Shown piece by piece: positions 36,743 through 44,648 of a stretch of DNA of 62,727 nucleotides. Each line of letters opens with the position of its first letter. The first letter of the stretch is position 1. Made by a program: the position numbers and the translations under genes. This DNA is from a virus. Its lineage: Duplodnaviria > Caudoviricetes. The DNA is taken from positions 1 through 62,727 of IMG/VR virus record IMGVR_UViG_3300009703_000018; one strand, 5' to 3'. A model generated the notes under the pieces. It did not search any database and had not been told where the DNA came from. It saw only the letters and a program-made list of their open reading frames with translations.

Positions 36743-37661
36743 AATAAAAGGAAAAGATTTAGACGGTAATGATAAGGTTGTTTATTTACAACTACCTAAT
36801 TCAGAAACAAACAAAGAAGCTCAATTAGCCTACAATAGGGCTTTTAGAGACGCCTTACAGTCTGGAGCTATACTGCGACAGAAACTTAATAAGGTAATGG
36901 AAGAGCAAGGTATTTGGGATCAAGAAAAAGAGCAACAATACAACGCGATTCTAGAAAAAATAAACGAAGGGGAAAAGAAACTAAGCAAAGGTGGTATCTC
37001 CCTTTCGGAAGCTAGAAGTTTAGCAATTGAAATGAGAATAAACAGGTCTGAATTCAGAAGCCTAATTGCCGAAAGAAATTCTATGGATGGCAACACAGCA
37101 GAAGGTCAGGCAGATAATGAAAGGTTTTCTCATTTACTTTACCTTTGTTTAAAAAACAATGAAGGAAAAAAGTTATTCAAGACAAAAGAAGATTATGACA
37201 ACAGTGCTGCTCTTCCTTATGTTATTGAAGCTGCTGGAGAACTAGCAGAAAAGCTTTACGGCCTTGACCCAGACTACGAAAAGAACTTACCAGAAAATAA
37301 GTTTTTACAAGCATACAAATTTACAGATCAGGCTTTACGACTTATTAACGATGACGGCCATTTAATTGATATTGATGATAATGGTGTTCAAAGACTGATT
37401 GATGAAAATGGAAGATTTATTAATTATGACAAAGAAGGTGAAAAATTCTTTGTTGATAAAGATGGAAATCGTGTAACAGAAAAAGGGGATTACGAAGAAG
37501 AGTTCTCTCCATTCTTAGACGACAAAGGAAAACCAGTAGCAATTCCGGGCGAAGAAGAGGAACAACCGGAAGAAGAGGTGGTGGCTGAAGAAGCTAAGCC
37601 AAAAAGAACGCCTCGAAAAAGGACAACTAAAAAAGCTCAATCAAAAGCAACAACCGAATAG
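36720..37661 (+). CDS. Probable tail assembly chaperone
   Basis: Acidic, directly upstream of the tape measure gene; DxxG hairpin repeats in the C-terminal part. Confidence 0.55.
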   Translation: MAVPKRIEIKGKDLDGNDKVVYLQLPNSETNKEAQLAYNRAFRDALQSGAILRQKLNKVMEEQGIWDQEKEQQYNAILEKINEGEKKLSKGGISLSEARSLAIEMRINRSEFRSLIAERNSMDGNTAEGQADNERFSHLLYLCLKNNEGKKLFKTKEDYDNSAALPYVIEAAGELAEKLYGLDPDYEKNLPENKFLQAYKFTDQALRLINDDGHLIDIDDNGVQRLIDENGRFINYDKEGEKFFVDKDGNRVTEKGDYEEEFSPFLDDKGKPVAIPGEEEEQPEEEVVAEEAKPKRTPRKRTTKKAQSKATTE

Positions 37662-37670
37662 AACATGGAA

Positions 37671-37716
37671 AGTGGGTGTATCGTTAGATCTGTCTATCGG
37701 TATGCCCATTTTTTTT
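37671..37716 (+). terminator. Long G-U-rich hairpin with U-tract abutting the tape measure RBS
   Basis: AGTGGGTGTATCG-T-TAGA-TCTG-TCTA-T-CGGTATGCCCATT followed by TTTTTT. Confidence 0.65.
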
Positions 37717-37727
37717 AGGTGTCCCTA

Positions 37728-40700
37728 ATGGCAGAAAAATTTTCCTTAACAGCTCAGCTAAATTTACAAGCTCCTAAAAACGTAAAGCAAGTATTTAGTC
37801 AAATACAAAAGCAGTTGTCTGGAGCTACTGTAAATGTCAATGTAGCTAAGTCTGCACAAGCAGTAAAAGACTTAAATAAAGTTGCGGTTGCTACAAAAAA
37901 AATAGAAACGGAATCTAAGAAAGCGGCTAAAGGCGCTGACGTAATGGGTAAAGCTTTTGGCTCTGCTTTAAAGAACGTTCTTAGATATGACTTAGCTAGA
38001 AGAGTATTCTCTGCTTTTACAAACACTGTTGAGCAGGGCATCAAGGATGCTATTGATTTTGAAAGAGCTATGATCAGAATTGCTCAAGTTTCTGGTCGAA
38101 CGATGCAACAACTTAAAGGTCTTGAAGCCACCATAACAAGGTTGTCTACCACTCTTGGTGTCTCCTCCTCAAGTCTTGTCAAAGTTGGTTTAATTCTTAA
38201 ACAAACGGGTTTGTCTGTTAGAGACACAGAGCTTGCTATGGCTGCTCTTGCCAAGACAGAACTCGCCCCTACCTTTGACAATATCACAGATACTGCTGAA
38301 ACCGCTGTCGCTGCCATGAGACAGTTTGGTTTAGAAGCTAGTAGACTTGAAGGCTTATTGGGTAAGATCAATACGGTTGCTGCTAACTTTGCTGTTGAAT
38401 CTTCTGATATTGGTGTTGCTATTAAACGTGCCGGTGGTGCATTCAAATCTGCCGGTGGTCAAGTAGAAGAACTTATTGCGCTGTTTACTTCTGTGCGTGC
38501 TACTACTCGTGAAACCGCAGAAACTATTGCTACGGGTTTTAGAACAATCTTTACTAGATTGCAAAGACCCACAACGATCAAATTCTTACGTCAATTTGGA
38601 ATTGAATTAACAGACTTAAATGGAAAGTTTGTTGGGCCTTATGAGGCGGTTAATAGATTAAACAACGCTTTGCAAAATCTAGATCCTAGAGATCTTAGAT
38701 ATTCTCAAATAGTTGAACAGCTTGGTGGTTTTAGGCAAGTGTCTAAAGTTATTCCATTAATTCAACAATTCAATACTGCTCAAGCTGCCTATAAAGCTCA
38801 AATGGAAGGGTCGGATAGTTTAGCTCAAGATGCTGCTACCGCTCAACAATCTCTCGCCGTCCAGCTTCAGAAGCTGACTGAAAATGTAAAAGAACTATTT
38901 AGAGAAATAACGCAATCAAGCGCTTTCCAAGCTTTAGCTAAGATGGCTATTGGTCTTGCAAATGCCATTACTAAAATAGGCAAAGCCCTTGCTCCTGTTC
39001 TTCCTATTCTTGGAGCCTTTGTTGCCGCTAGAGCCGCTGCTTGGGCTGGTGGAAAATTGTTCGGTGGTGGAGTAGGTGGGTTAAATAATGCCCTTGGTAG
39101 TGCAATGGGTGATACCAGCGATGTCTACAAAGGTAATCGTGGTGGTAGAGTTCCCAAAAGATTTAGTCGTGGTGGCTGGGTTCCCGGTACAGGTAATGGG
39201 GATACTGTTCCGGCTTTGCTAGAACCGGGAGAATTTGTAATACGCAAATCAGCAGCACAGGCTTTTGGCCCAAAACTAAGTGGTATTAATAAATATGGTA
39301 GAGGTGGCGCTACAATGCACTCGGTGGGTTATGCAGGAACCCACGATGGCGATAGTTACCATGCTAGTATTACACCCACAGGACAGCCCTACACAACAAC
39401 CACAAGATTAATGGGTGCAGATGCTGTTGAAAAACCCGGAACTGGCGCTAAAGGTAAAGCAGCAAGAGATGCTTGGGCAAAAAAATACGGAGACATGCCT
39501 CATCCCGGTGATTTGGCTACAAGCATAGCTAAGAGCCATATGCGAGGAAGAGGTGGAGCAGCCTTTAATAATATGTTCTTTGATCCAAGCAAAGTAGATG
39601 ATCAGGGAAATAAAAAACAATATGGATACGATAGCACGGGTCGCAGACCACTTTTCAATGCTCCCGGCCTTGTAGAGAAACTACTAAATACCTACAGCGC
39701 AGATGGAAAACCCCTTGCTAAAAAAATGGCCAAAGGCGGCTTAGTTCCCTCCCTCCTTACTCCCGGTGAATTTGTTGTTAATAAAAAATCAGCACAAAGC
39801 ATGGGTTATGGCAAACTCCGAAGCATGAACCGTTATGCAAACGGTGGTGTTGTTAGTGGTGGTGGTGGAAATTCAAACGTTCCAATTAGTCAGGTGACTG
39901 GAGCTGGTATAGCTCTTGATCAATTAAGAGAAAGCGCTGTTAGCGGAGCGGGAGGCTTATACCAAATGGGCGAAGCCGCTACTATCGGCTACGCAAAAAC
40001 TGCTGGTATGGTAACTGGTATAGGCGCTGTTGCTGAACAGCTTGGTATGGGTGGAAAAGCTTTAGATTTCTGGACTGAAACCCTCGCAACATCAGGCGGG
40101 ATTTTATCTGGTTTTAACTCCATGATGGATCAAGCTCAATCAAGTGGATTTATGGATCAGCTTAGTGGCTTTGCCGACATGCTTGGAGACAAGAATAGTA
40201 AAGTTGGTGGCATCCTTGATAGCTTTGGAGGTAAGCTTTCCCAAAAAGGTGGAATCCTTGGAAAAGTTGGTAAAGGCATTCAAGGTGGTGGCGGCTTGAT
40301 GCAGAAGGGTTTAAAAAATGTGCAGGACTTCCGAGAAAAAGGGTTCATGTACAAATCTGTTAATAAGCAAGAAGCTAAGTTGGCACAGGTTGATCGCATA
40401 AAAGCTCAACCCGCAAAATTTAAAGCAAAAGCATTAGAACAAGCAAAAAGAGCAGAAGCTTTCAAGGGGACTGCAAGCAACCTAGGCCAAAGAGCTGGAC
40501 AAGAATTTGGCAAAGCTAAATCACTCAGAGCGCAGCAGCAAGCGTTAGTCACAAAACGTACAACCCCAATGGGTAAGGCAGGAAGGGCAGAATATCACAA
40601 GCTTGGTAAGATGGCAGACGAAGCTGAAAAAGCAGGAAAAGCTTTAAAGGCGCAAGGCCAAGCAGCAAGTGATGCTGCCAAAAAATTCGCAAAAAGCTCT

Positions 40701-43700
40701 GCTACAAACATGTCGAATTCTGCCAAGGCTACTAAAACAGTTAAAGCAATGGCTCCACAATTAACCAAGGCAGCAAAGGGTGCTAAGTTTGCTGCTATGG
40801 GATTAAAAGCGTTAAACCCCGTTGCTATTATAGCAGAAGTGGCTATAGGTAAACTAGGAAATGCAATTGAACAAGACGCCCTTAAGACAATTCAAAGTGG
40901 AGAATTTGAAGCAGAGGACGAAACTGGCCTCAAAGCAAAGGCTGCTGGTGGTAGTGCATTGAAAGGAGCCGCTACTGGTGCGGCTATTGGTATGATACTT
41001 GGCCCCTTTGGTGCTGCGGCTGGTGCTGCGGTTGGTGCTTTATGGGGTGCTGTTAAGGGTTGGATGAACGCTGCTAAAGAAATTGAAAAGGCTAAGTTTG
41101 GAAAAGCGCTTAAGAGTTTAGAAGGCTCAATGAAAGGGCTGGAAGAAGGCACATCATCTACGATGGAAGTCTTCACTGAAATGAAAAACATGAAGTCTGC
41201 CATAAAAGATTTTGGCGACTCAGTAGGTAGCGTAAAGACGGACGAAGCTAATAACAAAATAAGAGAAGCTGGAAACGCTATTCTTGATCATGCTAAAAAT
41301 AACGCTACTAGTGTAGAAGATTTTAGGGCAAGAATTAAAGACACTGTTGATTTAATGAATGAAGATGGATCTACTAGGAAAGACCAAATAGCAGCTCTAG
41401 AAAGAGAACTTGCTGCTCGACTTAAATCAGAAGCTGCCATAAAAGCAGCAGCCGAGGCACAAAGAAAGTTAACAAGAACGCTTGCTGACCTAAGAAATCT
41501 TTCAGGCATATTTAATGAAGTTAGCTATAGAGTTAAACATTTTGGTGAAATTATACAGGGAATTTCAGATCCACTGTCTGGTGGTGCTATAGCATCAATC
41601 ACTGACAGAATGAGACCAGAACAAGGGGATAAAAGGTCTATAGAAAGATTTGAAAGCACAATAGATGGTTTAAGTAATATAGCTGGAGAAGCCGGTGGTA
41701 AAACTCAGGGTCTGGGAAGGGTTGCTGGCAGAGCAAAAGAAGCAGGTTTCTTAAATAGAAATTTAGTACAAGCCATTACTTTAGCCTCAGAGTCAGGTGG
41801 TATTGAGGAAGAAGGTGGTGCTGCTAAAGCAATAATTGATCAGCTAACAAACGCCGCAACAGGAGAAGGGGGTAAATTTGATACTACTACTGGTTTAGGA
41901 AAACGTATTCAAGATCAACTCATGAAAGAAATGGATGAAGCTGATCTTAAAGAGGCGATGAAAGATCCAGCTGCTTTGGCTGAAAAACTTTCAGGAGCCG
42001 CAGATGAATACATAGAAGTATTTAAATCAGCAGGAGAGATGACAGATAAACATCTCCAGCAATTGCAGGCTGCTTATGCTCAAAAAGTAGCTATGGAACA
42101 AAGCTATATAAGCAAGATGAATTCTATTGCAGATCAAGAGTTTGCAATGGAAGAAAGATCAAGAGCAAGGCTTGGTAAAGACCCAGCAACTAATGCAGAA
42201 GTGCAAGCTCAATTCGGTTCAAAGGTCGGTAGAATGACCGCCGGTGTTGGTGGAATTGGTGGATTGAAGACGGGTGTTGCAAAAACGACTCTCTCAGCAG
42301 GGGGTGGCGTAGGTGATGTAGGAGCCGTAGGCGCAGCTTTTAGTGAAACTAGTGCAGCATTGGCTGAAAGCAACGCAGAGATGGCATCATTAGGCTTATC
42401 ATTTAGCGATTTAGCAGATAAGGGAAAAAGCCTATCAGACTCCCAAAAAGAACTTATACAAAAAAACTCAGATCTTAAGAGCGACTACGGAACTCTTCAG
42501 GGCGTACTGAATGAATACGCTAACTCACAACAAAGACTGACCGCTCTTAATAAAGAAGCCGCAGATGCCAGCAAGAGAACAGGAACGCTCAAAGACCTTG
42601 CCATACAGTCTCAGTACGGAACAGCAGAAGAAAAAGATTCAGCTAATAGACTTATCAATGCTGTTGCCATAGCTCAAACAGAAGGCTTGGATGCCGTTGC
42701 TCCCGAATTACAAAAACAAGTAATTGGAATACTTGAAAATATGGGAGAAGGGGACATAGTCAATAAAGACCTTGAAGCTAAAGGTTTTGGTGGTGCAGGA
42801 ATTACTACAGCAAGTGCTGAACAAGAAAGAATTGACAGTGAAATTAAAGATGTCGAAAAACAAGGAATAGATGCTCAAAAAGCATTAGCTGCTGAAGAAA
42901 AAAGTCGAATTGAAGAAATGTCAAAGACCATTGAAGATCTTCATAAAACTTTTATCAAAGAGCTTAAGTCTTTGTTTATTGCAGCAGACAGTAGGCGCGT
43001 AAAAGCAGAGTTAGCAGCAGCAGATGTGGCAGTTGATAAACAAACAGGCCAAATGGAAAAGCTTGTCAAGATTGCTGAAGCACAGACTGGTAAAAAGGGT
43101 CAAGAAGCTTACGATCAGTTCTTTGGTAGTAAGAGTGGTGGAAAAGGTCAAGCACGATTAGATGTAATTACCAGTGGAAAATTGAGAGAGGACAGAGCGA
43201 AGGTAGTTCAGGCTTCTAAAATGAAAACGCTTTTGGGAGGAGATGTCAAAAGAACCAAAGGCATGAGTAGTGGTGATGCCTTAGATACTGGCGATGCTAA
43301 TATCAAACAAAGCTTGATTGCGAAGAAACTTCTTGGTGATGAGCTTAGCACTTTCCAAAACCTAAGAAATGTCAGCACGCTTGATTTTGAAGCAACGCTT
43401 GATCAAAGTGGTGGAGAAGCCGGTGGGGTTGACGACTATAGACAGTCGATGGCTGACATCGAAGCGAACATGAAGAAGAACTACGAAGCATTAGGTCTTG
43501 GCGGTAAATATGACGAAAAAACTGGCAAAATGACCGCTGATGGTGAAGGATTTGAAAAGATAAAAGCAGCTGCCAAAAAAGAACTAATGGATGAAAAGGA
43601 AATCAAAGCAGATGAATTTGATTCAACTGTCACAGCCACAGAGCTTTATGGAAGAATTTTGTCTAAGATAGAGTCAGAAGCCATAACTGCTCAAGAAATG

Positions 43701-44636
43701 GGTACTAGAAAAGCCAAATCTGCTGGAGGTTTAGGATTCAAGGTCATGTCGGGTGGGGGAGCGACAAGCACCACCGTAGCCAAGTCCTTACAGGGTGTAA
43801 AAGTTGGTGGTGGGGAAAATGATATAGCAAATACTCTTGCGGCTTCCCAAGCAGATCAAGCAGCCGCTAAAGCTTCGTTAGATACATTAGCAACAGAAGC
43901 AACAAATGGTAATAGTCTTGATACGCATGATCATACAGCAGAAAGTTTATTAAAGGCTATATTAGACACACTTCAGGGTAAAAAAGTTAAGGGAGCCGCC
44001 GAAAAGACAGGCGAGACAATGAAGAAATCTCTCTCAGACATAGCCAAACAGGTTCATGGCCAAAAAGTTGAAACTGCTCCCATCACTAAAATGGATGAAA
44101 AGATAAAGGCGGCTATCGACAAAATGGGTGTATATGTTGGGGGTACTACAGCTCTGAACGAAGACATGGCGCAGACTATAAGTGGTGGTGGCCCGTTCAT
44201 GGGCGGTTTTTCTGGAGGTGGTGATGCGGCGCAGATGATAGCGGCTGCTGCTGCTGCTATCAACCCACAAGAACTCCGTCCTGATTCTTCGGGCGAGGGT
44301 ACTGTGGATTGGTCGGCAGATACTGAAGGTCTAAATGATAGTATTTCAAGATTCTCAAAAGCAACAGAAGAGCTTGGTGGAGTTATGGGTAATGCGCTTT
44401 CTGTCGAAGTTGGTGGTACTATAGATGTAAACGTTAATATGAATGGTGCAGAATTCCTAAAGGGTGCGCAAGATTCTCTAGGAAAGTATGCTTCGCAGCA
44501 AGTAAGTAAGGGTATTAATAACTTTATTACCCAAGGATTAAAAAACAATAACGTAAAAACAAGGCCAGACTGGGTTAATGAAGGTGGAACAAACGGCATT
44601 CCCGGTAGTAGTAATAATGAATCTGGGAGCATGTAA
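37728..44636 (+). CDS. Tail tape measure protein (TP901-like core) with embedded nuclease domain
   Basis: FERAMIRIAQVSG, ETAETIATGFRTIFTRLQR, GGFRQ core; A/K/G-rich helices; glycine-zipper hydrophobic segments; ATG 37728 behind AGGTG. Confidence 0.92.
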   Translation: MAEKFSLTAQLNLQAPKNVKQVFSQIQKQLSGATVNVNVAKSAQAVKDLNKVAVATKKIETESKKAAKGADVMGKAFGSALKNVLRYDLARRVFSAFTNTVEQGIKDAIDFERAMIRIAQVSGRTMQQLKGLEATITRLSTTLGVSSSSLVKVGLILKQTGLSVRDTELAMAALAKTELAPTFDNITDTAETAVAAMRQFGLEASRLEGLLGKINTVAANFAVESSDIGVAIKRAGGAFKSAGGQVEELIALFTSVRATTRETAETIATGFRTIFTRLQRPTTIKFLRQFGIELTDLNGKFVGPYEAVNRLNNALQNLDPRDLRYSQIVEQLGGFRQVSKVIPLIQQFNTAQAAYKAQMEGSDSLAQDAATAQQSLAVQLQKLTENVKELFREITQSSAFQALAKMAIGLANAITKIGKALAPVLPILGAFVAARAAAWAGGKLFGGGVGGLNNALGSAMGDTSDVYKGNRGGRVPKRFSRGGWVPGTGNGDTVPALLEPGEFVIRKSAAQAFGPKLSGINKYGRGGATMHSVGYAGTHDGDSYHASITPTGQPYTTTTRLMGADAVEKPGTGAKGKAARDAWAKKYGDMPHPGDLATSIAKSHMRGRGGAAFNNMFFDPSKVDDQGNKKQYGYDSTGRRPLFNAPGLVEKLLNTYSADGKPLAKKMAKGGLVPSLLTPGEFVVNKKSAQSMGYGKLRSMNRYANGGVVSGGGGNSNVPISQVTGAGIALDQLRESAVSGAGGLYQMGEAATIGYAKTAGMVTGIGAVAEQLGMGGKALDFWTETLATSGGILSGFNSMMDQAQSSGFMDQLSGFADMLGDKNSKVGGILDSFGGKLSQKGGILGKVGKGIQGGGGLMQKGLKNVQDFREKGFMYKSVNKQEAKLAQVDRIKAQPAKFKAKALEQAKRAEAFKGTASNLGQRAGQEFGKAKSLRAQQQALVTKRTTPMGKAGRAEYHKLGKMADEAEKAGKALKAQGQAASDAAKKFAKSSATNMSNSAKATKTVKAMAPQLTKAAKGAKFAAMGLKALNPVAIIAEVAIGKLGNAIEQDALKTIQSGEFEAEDETGLKAKAAGGSALKGAATGAAIGMILGPFGAAAGAAVGALWGAVKGWMNAAKEIEKAKFGKALKSLEGSMKGLEEGTSSTMEVFTEMKNMKSAIKDFGDSVGSVKTDEANNKIREAGNAILDHAKNNATSVEDFRARIKDTVDLMNEDGSTRKDQIAALERELAARLKSEAAIKAAAEAQRKLTRTLADLRNLSGIFNEVSYRVKHFGEIIQGISDPLSGGAIASITDRMRPEQGDKRSIERFESTIDGLSNIAGEAGGKTQGLGRVAGRAKEAGFLNRNLVQAITLASESGGIEEEGGAAKAIIDQLTNAATGEGGKFDTTTGLGKRIQDQLMKEMDEADLKEAMKDPAALAEKLSGAADEYIEVFKSAGEMTDKHLQQLQAAYAQKVAMEQSYISKMNSIADQEFAMEERSRARLGKDPATNAEVQAQFGSKVGRMTAGVGGIGGLKTGVAKTTLSAGGGVGDVGAVGAAFSETSAALAESNAEMASLGLSFSDLADKGKSLSDSQKELIQKNSDLKSDYGTLQGVLNEYANSQQRLTALNKEAADASKRTGTLKDLAIQSQYGTAEEKDSANRLINAVAIAQTEGLDAVAPELQKQVIGILENMGEGDIVNKDLEAKGFGGAGITTASAEQERIDSEIKDVEKQGIDAQKALAAEEKSRIEEMSKTIEDLHKTFIKELKSLFIAADSRRVKAELAAADVAVDKQTGQMEKLVKIAEAQTGKKGQEAYDQFFGSKSGGKGQARLDVITSGKLREDRAKVVQASKMKTLLGGDVKRTKGMSSGDALDTGDANIKQSLIAKKLLGDELSTFQNLRNVSTLDFEATLDQSGGEAGGVDDYRQSMADIEANMKKNYEALGLGGKYDEKTGKMTADGEGFEKIKAAAKKELMDEKEIKADEFDSTVTATELYGRILSKIESEAITAQEMGTRKAKSAGGLGFKVMSGGGATSTTVAKSLQGVKVGGGENDIANTLAASQADQAAAKASLDTLATEATNGNSLDTHDHTAESLLKAILDTLQGKKVKGAAEKTGETMKKSLSDIAKQVHGQKVETAPITKMDEKIKAAIDKMGVYVGGTTALNEDMAQTISGGGPFMGGFSGGGDAAQMIAAAAAAINPQELRPDSSGEGTVDWSADTEGLNDSISRFSKATEELGGVMGNALSVEVGGTIDVNVNMNGAEFLKGAQDSLGKYASQQVSKGINNFITQGLKNNNVKTRPDWVNEGGTNGIPGSSNNESGSM
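39309..39725 (+). other. Staphylococcal nuclease (thermonuclease)-like domain within the tape measure protein
   Basis: HDGDS / RLMGADAVE / YDSTGR match SNase IDGDT / RLLLVDTPE / DKYGR. Confidence 0.75.
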
Positions 44637-44648
44637 TAAGGTTAGGAC

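Noticed and set aside
35300-37661. Programmed -1 frameshift in tail chaperones
   Set aside because: Each ORF has its own RBS, and I could not identify a convincing slippery site joining the frames.
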